DNA of 64,000 nt from an uncultured virus (IMG/VR IMGVR_UViG_3300044609_001498) (Duplodnaviria > Heunggongvirae > Uroviricota > Caudoviricetes). Made by a program: the position numbers and the translations under genes. Location: the IMG/VR virus record IMGVR_UViG_3300044609_001498. The stretch is one strand, 5' to 3'. Every line of letters begins with the position of its first letter. Position 1 is the first letter of the stretch. Below, one piece after another: positions 19,893-29,286 of the stretch. The notes beneath the pieces are model-generated. The model was given only the letters and a program-made list of their open reading frames with translations, was not told where the DNA came from and searched no databases.

Positions 19893-20668
19893 TTAAGTTG
19901 AACGTAGTAGTTTATCATCTCTGACATATCAGTAACTCCTCGCTTTCTAACAACTCTAGAAGCGCAATCATTTGCAAATTTAATAGACTTCTTGATGTCA
20001 ACTGTTTTTGTATAAGCCGCAACCAGGGCAGAAATAAAGGTATCTCCGGCTCCTGCTACATCTCTAACTTCAGCAGGTTTAGTAGGAAAGATTCTGTCAT
20101 TCCAAGAAGCCCCCTCAGATCCCAGCGTAACAATCATTCTATTTTTAATTTCTTTTAGAATATCTATATTATGGGCAGAATTTAGAGATTCAGATTTATT
20201 AACTTTAACCCAAGATGCGAACTTAATCCATTCACCAAACGGTTTCTTTGTGTCAATAAAACTGCATTTAGCCATTCTGAGAATATAATCTATTGCTTCT
20301 TCGTGCAAGAATCCTTTGTTATAATCAGATACTATCACAGCATCATATTTTTCGATTTCTGCATTGCTCAAATCATTCATCGAAACTTCTTCTGCTCTAT
20401 CATTCTGATCAACACGCAAAAGAATATAGTTTGAATTTTTTTCAACGTACCGAGTCTTCGTGATTTGATTTTTATTTGAGATAAAATCTACACTAAAAAC
20501 TCCCAGACTTTCGAGATTTTCTACCACATTTCCAGCCATTCCTCTATTAGAGGAAGTGTGAGTAGGAGTAAAAACTGGAGTAGGAGCTTCGGGATTTAGT
20601 CTTTTACACTCTCCATACACAAATTCATCGGTGCATGAATCACCGATCACTAAAATACGCTTTTTCAC
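19889..20668 (-). CDS. hldE: HldE/RfaE heptose-7-phosphate kinase domain (PfkB family)
   Basis: ILVIGD..D..G.C.RLNPEAPTPV, SDYNKG, DVAGAGDTF; no adenylyltransferase domain. Confidence 0.85.
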   Translation of the reverse strand: MKKRILVIGDSCTDEFVYGECKRLNPEAPTPVFTPTHTSSNRGMAGNVVENLESLGVFSVDFISNKNQITKTRYVEKNSNYILLRVDQNDRAEEVSMNDLSNAEIEKYDAVIVSDYNKGFLHEEAIDYILRMAKCSFIDTKKPFGEWIKFASWVKVNKSESLNSAHNIDILKEIKNRMIVTLGSEGASWNDRIFPTKPAEVRDVAGAGDTFISALVAAYTKTVDIKKSIKFANDCASRVVRKRGVTDMSEMINYYVQLK

Positions 20669-20874
20669 GAGATCTTTTCTGTAATCTTTTTCTTTAATTC
20701 TTCAAAAACATTAGAGAATTTTAACTCTCTGGAGAATATTTCAGTAAGCCCGGGATCAGCATCTAGAAACAGCATAATGTCTTCTTCAAGAGAAGAATCT
20801 GTAGAAAAGATGGTAGAATTTATAAACTGTTTTGATTTGACTTCAAGCCAAATTTCAAAATATGAAGATTCCAT
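20665..20874 (-). CDS. hypothetical protein
   Basis: Start reassigned to MESSY (20874) because the AAAC-N17-TAAAAT motif sits directly upstream. Confidence 0.6.
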   Translation of the reverse strand: MESSYFEIWLEVKSKQFINSTIFSTDSSLEEDIMLFLDADPGLTEIFSRELKFSNVFEELKKKITEKIS

Positions 20875-20930
20875 ATCTATTTTATGGAAAATATAAGAAA
20901 TGTTTAATAAGTGTAGTGTGTGTATCTGTA

Positions 20931-21021
20931 TTAGTTTCCTACCACCCAGCATTCCCCATCTCCTGTGTAGTTATCTAGAAGGTACTTTTCTGCTGTCTCT
21001 CGATCTGGGTGGTGGATATTG
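20931..21021 (-). pseudogene. possible orphan 3' gene fragment
   Basis: Start-less open frame NIHHPDRETAEKYLLDNYTGDGECWVVGN* directly after the stop of 21022..21846. Confidence 0.4.
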
Positions 21022-21846
21022 TTAGTCTAATCTTTTTAATACATCGCTGATGCGTAAAAACATTTCAATCGCAACTGGTGCTGATAGTAGTGCGATTAGA
21101 AAGTTGTTTACATATGAGTATACAGTTATCACACTACCTATTGTGATGTCTTTTGTTGTGGTTATTAGAAGTATAATCGATAAAATTAAAAAGACATACT
21201 TGATGCCGTTTATAAGAAACCAATTTTTACCCTGGATTGTTGATTGGCAGATTTCAATCTTTCTTCTCCTGTTAAAGAAAGATTCGGAACTTGCATATCC
21301 ACATTCAATTGATTTTGCTTGAGTTTCGTAGTGATTATTTGCTATAACAATCCCTTGCTTTATTTTTTTATAAAGTATAAATACTGAACTTACGATAAAA
21401 ATAATTGAGACGCTAACGAGCACACCAACTTGCCAATTCTCGGAAAAGATAAAAATAAAGGAGCCAATTATAGTTACAATTGTTGCGATATAATAATGCA
21501 CATAACCTTCTAAGACATTAACAATTTCATGCGCCATACCTGTTCTGGCTATCTTAGTTGAGACATCAACGTCATCCTTTTTAAGAAATTTTAACGCTAT
21601 GTCATTATAAATGGTGGTGTAGACTTTTGTGTCATAAACCATTCGCTTGTAATTGAAGAAGTTCGATAAAAAATATGAAATACCTAAAAGCACAATCCAA
21701 TACCAATTACCAGCAATCAATCCATCTATACTCTTCCCCAATAAGAAAGGTGTTGATAAAATGGAAAGTTCTGTAAGTAACATAAACAAGTATATCCATG
21801 TTAATTGGGTTTTGTATTGCTTAAATATCCCAATGAGTTTATTCAT
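21022..21846 (-). CDS. ABC transporter six-TM-type membrane domain protein (no ATPase)
   Basis: About 6 hydrophobic helices; PFLLGKSIDGL, YDTKVY, IGSVITVYSY. Confidence 0.75.
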   Translation of the reverse strand: MNKLIGIFKQYKTQLTWIYLFMLLTELSILSTPFLLGKSIDGLIAGNWYWIVLLGISYFLSNFFNYKRMVYDTKVYTTIYNDIALKFLKKDDVDVSTKIARTGMAHEIVNVLEGYVHYYIATIVTIIGSFIFIFSENWQVGVLVSVSIIFIVSSVFILYKKIKQGIVIANNHYETQAKSIECGYASSESFFNRRRKIEICQSTIQGKNWFLINGIKYVFLILSIILLITTTKDITIGSVITVYSYVNNFLIALLSAPVAIEMFLRISDVLKRLD

Positions 21847-21849
21847 AAT

Positions 21850-23148
21850 TTAATTTGATAAAGGTGCTTTGATTGCCGGGTGGGATTGGTAGTTTGCGAG
21901 TTGAATATCGGCTTCTAATAAACATTTACAAAAGTTACTATCCCGAAATCCATTAAATACTGCAATAGCATCCAATGGGCCTTCTCCGCATTCTCCGCCT
22001 TCATAAGGCCAGAACTCAGTATTAATGTTCAGTGTTGGTAATGGAAAAGGTTCTCTTGTATATTTAGGCGTACTATCTTTAGCAATTTCTTCTACTATAT
22101 AAAGATTCTCCATCTCTACGTCGGTGTTCTTTATAACCCATTGAACTTGTTCTTCCCATGTCATCTCTCTACGAATTTGCTCTTTAGCCTGCTCAACATG
22201 GTTTGAATATAGGTGTACGTCTCCGAGATTACCAATCAATTCATCAGGAACCATATTTACTACTTTGGCAATAATTTCAAGTAATAAACCATAAGAAGCA
22301 ATGTTGAATGGTAATCCTAAGAATGTATCTACTGAACGTTGATTCCACATTAAAGAGATTGCTCTGGTTGGGATATTTGCTTCCTCTAATTGTCGTTTAC
22401 CTTCTTTTATTTCATCTTCTGTCCAATTTGTTGATGGAGGCAGAGTATATTGTGTATCTTTTAAAACCAAGGCTCTACGTTCTTCCAAACTCAACTCTCT
22501 TGTATAAACTTGAAATCCATAATGACAAGGTGGAAGAACCATTTGGTCTAATTCACCTACATTCCAAGCAGAAACCATTAGTCTCCTTGAGTCTGGATTT
22601 GTTTTAAGGTCTTGGATTAGGTTTTGGATTTGGTCTATTTGGGTTTCACTAACTTTTGTATTCCAATCATATCCATCTTCTCCTCTCCATTTTCTCCACT
22701 GCTTACCATATACCGGACCTAACTCACCCCACTTCTTAGCAAATTCATCATCTGTTTTAATTTTGTTGATGAATTCTTCTTGTGTGAATGGTTCAGTCAA
22801 TGTTCTATTTTTCTTAGAATTTTCTAATAATTTGGTTTTACCAACATATTCACCTTTATTATATCTTTTAATATACGCTTTATAACAATCTCCATCCCAA
22901 ATATGACAATCGTTATCAACAAGAAATTTGATGTTTGTATCTCCACGAAGAAACCAGAGTAACTCAGTCACCATCGTCTTCCAAGCCATCTTTTTGGTTG
23001 TTAATAACGGGAAGCCTTCAGACATCTTATGTCTTATCTGTCTACCGAAAACAGAAATCGTACCTGTTCCGGTACGATCTGATTTTTTAATTCCGCTATC
23101 AAGAATGTCTTGAAGGAGTGCTTGATATTGTTTATCTAAGTTATTCAT
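21850..23148 (-). CDS. thyA: thymidylate synthase with insertions
   Basis: DRTGTGT, FPLLTTKK, LGPVYGKQWR, LPPCH, QRSVDTFLGLPFNIASY, HLYSNH. Confidence 0.97.
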   Translation of the reverse strand: MNNLDKQYQALLQDILDSGIKKSDRTGTGTISVFGRQIRHKMSEGFPLLTTKKMAWKTMVTELLWFLRGDTNIKFLVDNDCHIWDGDCYKAYIKRYNKGEYVGKTKLLENSKKNRTLTEPFTQEEFINKIKTDDEFAKKWGELGPVYGKQWRKWRGEDGYDWNTKVSETQIDQIQNLIQDLKTNPDSRRLMVSAWNVGELDQMVLPPCHYGFQVYTRELSLEERRALVLKDTQYTLPPSTNWTEDEIKEGKRQLEEANIPTRAISLMWNQRSVDTFLGLPFNIASYGLLLEIIAKVVNMVPDELIGNLGDVHLYSNHVEQAKEQIRREMTWEEQVQWVIKNTDVEMENLYIVEEIAKDSTPKYTREPFPLPTLNINTEFWPYEGGECGEGPLDAIAVFNGFRDSNFCKCLLEADIQLANYQSHPAIKAPLSN

Positions 23149-23892
23149 TTAAAATTTTGTATAGTTCTGAGTGTTATGAATGTGGTCTTGCCAAAGAGCT
23201 GCATGCTGTTCTGAAATTTCGTGCTCAGGTCTAGTATTTGTAAAGTAGTACAGAGCTAAAGAGTAACGAGAAACCTCTTCGGGGCACTGTAATGGTTGTG
23301 GGTGACCGTGAAATGCATCATCCGTAATGTTAAAAATAACTGCCCGGTTAAAAACTGGTTCAATACTGTGAGTGTTCTTAGACATGTCTTTTTCCCAAAG
23401 TTCTAAATTTCCTCCCCATGTTAAATCCCAATCTTTATTCAAATATACAAGTAGGTTGATTCTACGGTGTAGTTTAGTTACAGGATGTATATTGTAATCT
23501 GCGTGAACCGCAAGGCGACCTCCAGTATTGATTTTATGCATTCCTCCCCCAGCAAAAGTATTATCAGGTATAACATTTTCAATTCCTGTTAGATTTTCTA
23601 AGAAAGTTGTAACTTCTTTAGAATTTAAGTAGTTTAAAGCTTTCCAAGCTGTCGGTGCACCTTCTTGTATGTCGTATAGGTTCTCTTCACACCAGGGACT
23701 AAAAAATTTATTAACTTGGTGTTTTGCAGAATACTCCGACGCATCGTATCCCCAGTGTTCGAATCTTTGTATTTCTTGTGCAATTTGATTTGCAGTATCT
23801 TCTTGTAAAAAATTATCAATGATAATACAAGGGAAAGGATAGGCAGTCCGGTAACTAGTCTTAAAGGAGTGTGCGAGTTGAAGATTAATCAT
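23149..23892 (-). CDS. 2OG-Fe(II) oxygenase (prolyl hydroxylase-like)
   Basis: HAD (HxD), RRINLLVYLN, WGGNLELW, FHGH, RYSLALYY. Confidence 0.9.
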   Translation of the reverse strand: MINLQLAHSFKTSYRTAYPFPCIIIDNFLQEDTANQIAQEIQRFEHWGYDASEYSAKHQVNKFFSPWCEENLYDIQEGAPTAWKALNYLNSKEVTTFLENLTGIENVIPDNTFAGGGMHKINTGGRLAVHADYNIHPVTKLHRRINLLVYLNKDWDLTWGGNLELWEKDMSKNTHSIEPVFNRAVIFNITDDAFHGHPQPLQCPEEVSRYSLALYYFTNTRPEHEISEQHAALWQDHIHNTQNYTKF

Positions 23893-23898
23893 ATTTAT

Positions 23899-24387
23899 CT
23901 ATTTTTTAATCCAAAGTTTACTTTTATCTATAGGTTCTGGAGTCCATCCTAGCATTCTAAGTTCTTTTCTGAATAGTTCTAACCAATAGATATCGGCAGG
24001 TCTTAATCTACCACCGCTTTCTGGTAAATAGTCAGATACTCTCGTTTTTAATTCCATAAGTTTAGCTTTCAAAAGGTCTCTTCTAAAATCTTCAGAGCCC
24101 ATCATTGAATCTTCTAAATTTCCGCTATGGGAATATTTGCTGTAAGAATCTACTTTTTCTTTAGCGTGGAAACGAAGGGTATAATTCGGATCATCTAATC
24201 CTGCAAGATTTCTTTGTATTCTCAAAGCTTTAATATGAACCTTACACACAGGTCTCTTAATATATTTGTGATAAACTTGATAGGGTGTGATGTTGTGAAT
24301 TTGAGCAAGATTTGTGATCATTTTAAAAAGAATCCAGCATAAGCCTCCTACCGAAGCATACATAATTATAAGTAGAAATATCGTCAT
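23899..24387 (-). CDS. hypothetical membrane-anchored protein
   Basis: N-terminal TM helix. Confidence 0.6.
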   Translation of the reverse strand: MTIFLLIIMYASVGGLCWILFKMITNLAQIHNITPYQVYHKYIKRPVCKVHIKALRIQRNLAGLDDPNYTLRFHAKEKVDSYSKYSHSGNLEDSMMGSEDFRRDLLKAKLMELKTRVSDYLPESGGRLRPADIYWLELFRKELRMLGWTPEPIDKSKLWIKK

Positions 24388-24422
24388 GTACTATTTTAAT
24401 CAAAAAAAATGAAAAGAAAAAA

Positions 24423-25025
24423 TTAAGAAGCCTTTTTTGCTCTAGTTTTTTTCAATATGGGAACTTCTCCTAAGATTTCATCAACTATTCCATATTTCAG
24501 AGCTTCTTTGGGAGTAATGTACCACTCACTCTTGGAATGTTTATGCTTTAACAAATCTTCATCTTTCAACTTTGTCTTTTTAAGCAGAACAGAGTCAAAT
24601 ATTTTTTCGAGTCTTTCGATTTCTTGTATGTCTTTTTTCAAACCTTCCAGTTTGTCATAAGATAATGAGCTGATCTGATGATACATTGCAGTGGAATATG
24701 CATGTATTCTTCTGAAGTCACCAGAGGCTAAAATTAAAAGACCCATACTCATAGCTGAACCTATACAAGTAACTACTACCGGAGTACGAGAAATATCCAT
24801 AGCTCCAATTAAACCTAAACCATCATACACACTTCCTCCGTATGTATTTAAAATCAAGTGAATAGGTTGTCTTTCATATTCTGTAAAAAGAGCTTCTGCC
24901 TGCTCATCTTCCATGTTTAGCTCATAGATAGATCTTATGATTTCTCTAACTGAATCTTGAGTAACATCTTCCCCAAGAACGAGTACTCTATTTTTCTTTT
25001 TTTGATCTTGTATCAATTCCATCAA
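24423..25025 (-). CDS. clpP: ClpP-family protease
   Basis: LNTYGGSVYDG, GSAMSMG (Ser), MYHQ (His), EALKYGIVDEI. Confidence 0.9.
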   Translation of the reverse strand: MMELIQDQKKKNRVLVLGEDVTQDSVREIIRSIYELNMEDEQAEALFTEYERQPIHLILNTYGGSVYDGLGLIGAMDISRTPVVVTCIGSAMSMGLLILASGDFRRIHAYSTAMYHQISSLSYDKLEGLKKDIQEIERLEKIFDSVLLKKTKLKDEDLLKHKHSKSEWYITPKEALKYGIVDEILGEVPILKKTRAKKAS

Positions 25026-25221
25026 ATTTTTCGTATGATATATTTCCGACTAGCTGATATGCTTCTAATAAATTCTCCTGAGCGATTTCTATTAAATCTT
25101 TAACTTTAGGTTCAAGTTTTCCTACAGGGTGCTGGTGTAAATGATCGTCAATAATAGAAGTAATCATGTGGATGCGATCTAACATCTCATGATAGTGAAA
25201 CTCGTCTAATTCGGGTTTCAT
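24988..25221 (-). CDS. hypothetical protein
   Basis: ORF within the operon; FHYHEMLDR. Confidence 0.65.
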   Translation of the reverse strand: MKPELDEFHYHEMLDRIHMITSIIDDHLHQHPVGKLEPKVKDLIEIAQENLLEAYQLVGNISYEKFDGIDTRSKKEK

Positions 25222-25439
25222 TTTTCTAGCTTCTTAACGAGTACTGCTGAAAATGGAATTGAAATAATACTAGAAAGAACGAGAGGAACTGTCACGCTCT
25301 CGATGATATCCCACCATAGAGAAAAAGACTTCTCATGAGCTGAATATAACATAAATAGAGATAAAAATAAAAGTTGAATCAGTGCGAATACCCCGATAAA
25401 AAGTAGAGTCTGCCCTCCACCGCTTTGTTTCTCGTTCAT
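25218..25439 (-). CDS. small two-TM protein
   Basis: Two hydrophobic helices; promoter motif upstream. Confidence 0.6.
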   Translation of the reverse strand: MNEKQSGGGQTLLFIGVFALIQLLFLSLFMLYSAHEKSFSLWWDIIESVTVPLVLSSIISIPFSAVLVKKLEK

Positions 25440-25472
25440 AAATATTATAGTTAGAAACTCAGATAAGTTTTC

Positions 25473-26057
25473 TTAAAGCTTATATTCGGTATAAGATTTT
25501 TTTGTAGGCTTAATATTCGGGAAATAAAACTTTTCAGTTTTATTTCCGGTTATAATCGTTTTTGTAAATCCGTCTGGGATTGTTGCGCCTGTGGGTAATA
25601 CTTTTGAATTTGAACTATAATGAACATCAATTATCACTTTTACAGTTCCGGCTTTAGCAAGAGTTCTTTCGTAGGTTTCTAAAAATCTCCAAACACCACG
25701 GTTTAAATTTTCTTGTTGGAGTGCGCAATTCAGATATGTAAAAGTATTTTTTAGTTTGTCTTTATCACATGCAAAATCTGCAGCAGGTGCCATGTGGCCT
25801 TTGTCATATTCATTATTTGCGTAATCTGCATTGTCAGATGTTTTGATACTGTCACAATTAAAAAAATCTAACCCTTCTCTTGAAAATTTAGATTCTGTAC
25901 ATTGCACCGTATATTCAACTTTCTTTGGCTGTTCAAGAACTTCTGAATATACAATCGTAAACATATTAGTCTTTACAATAACGTTGTCTCTAAGTTTTGG
26001 AGGGGTTGCACTTGAAAATAAAAGGAGTGCGAGTAATATGAATGTTAGTTTTTTCAT
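25473..26057 (-). CDS. DNA/RNA non-specific endonuclease (NucA/EndoG family), signal peptide
   Basis: YDKGHMAPAADF, LNRGVW..LE; MKKLTFILLALLLFS signal at 26057. Confidence 0.9.
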   Translation of the reverse strand: MKKLTFILLALLLFSSATPPKLRDNVIVKTNMFTIVYSEVLEQPKKVEYTVQCTESKFSREGLDFFNCDSIKTSDNADYANNEYDKGHMAPAADFACDKDKLKNTFTYLNCALQQENLNRGVWRFLETYERTLAKAGTVKVIIDVHYSSNSKVLPTGATIPDGFTKTIITGNKTEKFYFPNIKPTKKSYTEYKL

Positions 26058-26089
26058 TTTGGAATTTATTTTATATATCTCACCAACAA

Positions 26090-26653
26090 CTAGTCCCACC
26101 AGTATTCTATTCTTTCATGTAAAATTCTAAACAGTAAGTTTTTCGCTTTCCTATGTCTCACAATACCAATCGCTAACCCTAGACCCTGATTGCTAGATCT
26201 GTAATTTTCTAAAGTAAAGTCTTTCATCACAACTCTTTTAGCGTGCGGATATTTTGCAATAAAGATTTCTAATTCATCCCTTGTAGTTTCAGATTTCCAT
26301 TCTGTTAAATCGCTATTTTCAATCTTTTCAAATCTGCTTTCAAATTCATAATAGTCGAAATATTCACCTTGATAGTATTCTTCTTGGATACGTTCAATCA
26401 GTTTAACGCAGATTCGCATATAGAATACTTCTCTTTCCCATCCTACAAATCTTTGATTTTTTTCGAAATAGTCTGCAGTGTTTTTAATCTTGAACTTTAG
26501 TGGTTCAAATATAAAGTGATTATCACAATCACGGTCTTTCCAGACAATAGGAAACCATCTCCAAAGATTTTTAAATCCTTTTGCAATATCGCGGTGAAGA
26601 TATTTACCTTCCCACTTAAACCATCTGTAGATTTTCCAATACAAGTTGATCAT
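26090..26653 (-). CDS. hypothetical phage protein
   Basis: Trp-rich; ends IEYWWD. Confidence 0.7.
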   Translation of the reverse strand: MINLYWKIYRWFKWEGKYLHRDIAKGFKNLWRWFPIVWKDRDCDNHFIFEPLKFKIKNTADYFEKNQRFVGWEREVFYMRICVKLIERIQEEYYQGEYFDYYEFESRFEKIENSDLTEWKSETTRDELEIFIAKYPHAKRVVMKDFTLENYRSSNQGLGLAIGIVRHRKAKNLLFRILHERIEYWWD

Positions 26654-28662
26654 TTTTTAAAAGTAACTATGATTTCTTCGTTCTTTTCATCAATTTTAAG
26701 AGTCTTTCCTTTTTCTGGATTCTCTTTCAGAATAACTTCTGAGAGCTTATCTTCTACTATTTTTTGTAGAGTTCTTCCCAGGATACGGGCTCCGAATTTT
26801 TCGTTTGTTCCTCTTTCAACAATAAGATCTTTTGCTTTATCTGTAAGTTGAATCTTATATCCAATCTCTTCAACTCTAGACTTTAAATCTACAAGATGAA
26901 TTTCAAGAATTTTTCTCATATCTTCTTTTGTAAGAGTATTGAAATAGATAACTTCATCTAATCGATTAATAAATTCAGGAGAAAAGAATTTTTCAATTGC
27001 TTTATCCATAATCTCTTTTTTCTTTGTATCGTCAGGTTGTGAAGATGATCCGAAGCCAAGATTTTTTGATTCTGAAGCCATTCGAGCTCCAAGATTTGAA
27101 GTCATAATGATCAGAGTGTTTCTAAAGTTAATCTTTCTATTATGATTATCTGTCAAGAAACCTTCATCTAGAACTTGAAGAAGAATATTAAAGATATCAG
27201 GGTGTGCTTTTTCAATCTCATCAAAAAGAATTACTGAGTATGGCTTTTTTCTTACTTTTTCGGTAAGCACTCCAGCTTCATCATATCCAACATAGCCCGG
27301 AGGAGCTCCAATAAGTTTAGAGATGGAGTGCTTTTCCATATATTCACTCATATCAACTCTGATCAGCGAATCATCCCCGTGAAACATATATCGAGCAACG
27401 GCTTTTGCTAACTCTGTTTTTCCGACTCCAGTACTTCCAGTAAAAATAAAATTTCCAATTGGTCGACTATTCTTACCCAGGCCTATTTTATTTCTTTGAA
27501 TCGTAACTGCTATTTTTTCTACTGCTTCATCTTGCCCTATCACTCGCGATTTCAGAAATTCTGTAAGACCTAGTAGTCTTCTTGCTTCATCTTCACCCAT
27601 TTCATTTACCGGAATTCCTGTCATATGCGAAATGACTTCATAGATATCTCTTTCAGTTACTGGGGTTTTATTTTTTCGAGTCCTGTCTTTCCATGCTGCT
27701 TTTTGATCTTCGATCGCATGCTTTAGATTTTTAACTTCATCTCTGAGCTGAGCAGCTTTTTCATATTGCTGTCTCTGGACACTCTCCATTTTTTTAGACT
27801 CTACGATTTTTAAATCTGTTTCCATTTCCAAAATTTCAGCTGGGAGATTGTTCTTCTTTAGATAAACTCTAGATCCTACTTCATCAATAATATCAATAGC
27901 TTTATCGGGTAATTGTCTATCTGTGATGTATCTTTCGCTTAAAATTACGCTCTTCTCAATAATTACATCAGAATATGTTACAAAGTGATGATCTTCATAT
28001 TTGTTTCTAATATTCTTGATAATTTCAATGGTCTCTGAAACTGATGGAGCTTCTACTACTACCTTTTGAAATCTTCTTTCGAGTGCAGAATCACTTTCAA
28101 TTGATTTTCTATATTCATCGAAAGTAGTTGCTCCGATACACTGAATTTCACCTCTAGCCAGAGCAGGTTTTAAAATATTCGCTGCATCTAGAGATCCAGA
28201 AGAATTTCCCGCTCCTACCATTGTATGAATCTCATCCAAGAAAATAATGATATGCGGATTCTGTAAAAGCTCTTCAACTACAGCTTTAATCCGTTCTTCA
28301 AACTGACCTCTATATTTCGTGCCAGCCACCATCGAAGTCATATCTAACATATAGATCTGCTTTTCTTGAAGACTTAATGGAACATTTCCTTCAACAATTC
28401 TATTTGCCAAACCCTCAACGATTGCAGTTTTTCCGGTACCTGATTCTCCAATCAGAACTGGGTTGTTCTTTTTTCTCCTTCCTAGAATTTGGGTAATTCT
28501 TTCTATTTCTCTTTCTCTCCCTATAATGGGGTCGAGCTTACCTTCTTTCGCAAGCTTAGTTAAATCTCTCCCGAAGGAATTAAGAACTGGTGTTTTAGTT
28601 CTTTCCTTCTTCCTTTCTCTTGGCTGATCCTCAGAATCATCGTATACGTCTCCAAAACTCAT
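26650..28662 (-). CDS. clpC: ClpC-type AAA+ ATPase lacking the N-terminal repeat domain
   Basis: Two Walker A motifs (GESGTGKT, GSTGVGKT), UVR-like middle (YEKAAQLRD), GAPPGYVGY, LGF ClpP-docking loop. Confidence 0.92.
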   Translation of the reverse strand: MSFGDVYDDSEDQPRERKKERTKTPVLNSFGRDLTKLAKEGKLDPIIGREREIERITQILGRRKKNNPVLIGESGTGKTAIVEGLANRIVEGNVPLSLQEKQIYMLDMTSMVAGTKYRGQFEERIKAVVEELLQNPHIIIFLDEIHTMVGAGNSSGSLDAANILKPALARGEIQCIGATTFDEYRKSIESDSALERRFQKVVVEAPSVSETIEIIKNIRNKYEDHHFVTYSDVIIEKSVILSERYITDRQLPDKAIDIIDEVGSRVYLKKNNLPAEILEMETDLKIVESKKMESVQRQQYEKAAQLRDEVKNLKHAIEDQKAAWKDRTRKNKTPVTERDIYEVISHMTGIPVNEMGEDEARRLLGLTEFLKSRVIGQDEAVEKIAVTIQRNKIGLGKNSRPIGNFIFTGSTGVGKTELAKAVARYMFHGDDSLIRVDMSEYMEKHSISKLIGAPPGYVGYDEAGVLTEKVRKKPYSVILFDEIEKAHPDIFNILLQVLDEGFLTDNHNRKINFRNTLIIMTSNLGARMASESKNLGFGSSSQPDDTKKKEIMDKAIEKFFSPEFINRLDEVIYFNTLTKEDMRKILEIHLVDLKSRVEEIGYKIQLTDKAKDLIVERGTNEKFGARILGRTLQKIVEDKLSEVILKENPEKGKTLKIDEKNEEIIVTFKK

Positions 28663-28692
28663 ATAGATTATATGAAGACGTGTGATTTAGTT

Positions 28693-29286
28693 TCAGGAGA
28701 AAAGCTTTTTATCGCCTAGAATAGAATCAAGATCTCTGGCGACTTTAGCAATATTAGAATCAGTTTGATATTGAACAGCTACCATCGGATAGCAGATGTA
28801 GACGTTTAAATCTGTTCTACTTATAAATCTATCAATGTCTGCTGGCTTTATGCCATTCTCTGGTTGATGTTCTAACATCTTCTGAAATGCTGTATTTCTC
28901 CATAAGGCCATGTGTAAACCTGAAAAGTCCCTACATTTAGCTAGAGAATCATTTATAATTTGAGGTTTGTCCCAGATATAAATCCCACCTAAGAATATGT
29001 CCCAGTCGTCAGGGAGAGTCTGATAAACTTCTTCGAATCTTTTTCTACTTTGGGGTGAAGTAAATTTTACATCATCCTCGAAAGTCAATATCATGTCCTC
29101 TCCGGTACGCAAAGATTCCATAAATAGATTCCTAAATCCTTTAGATAAAGCTCTACAGCCATCTTCAGGGTCCTTCAGAGCATTAAAGATATTGCATTCT
29201 GGATATTGGACGAATAGATCTTTTTTCATCAGTTCGTACCTATCTTTTCTCTCTTCGAGATGAATTACATATTTCTTACAGTTCAT
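28693..29286 (-). CDS. GT25-like glycosyltransferase
   Basis: YVIHLEERKDR, TFEDDV, WDIFLGG. Confidence 0.8.
   Translation of the reverse strand: MNCKKYVIHLEERKDRYELMKKDLFVQYPECNIFNALKDPEDGCRALSKGFRNLFMESLRTGEDMILTFEDDVKFTSPQSRKRFEEVYQTLPDDWDIFLGGIYIWDKPQIINDSLAKCRDFSGLHMALWRNTAFQKMLEHQPENGIKPADIDRFISRTDLNVYICYPMVAVQYQTDSNIAKVARDLDSILGDKKLFS

Noticed and set aside
21850..23148. Intein or group I intron in thyA
   Set aside because: Frame is continuous; inserts are short and lack C/S...HN termini or homing-endonuclease motifs
23892..23899. GATAAATA late-like motif before the 2OG oxygenase; similarly AAAC-N17-TAAATA at 54858-54884
   Set aside because: Both overlap the start codon itself, so they are unlikely to be functional promoters
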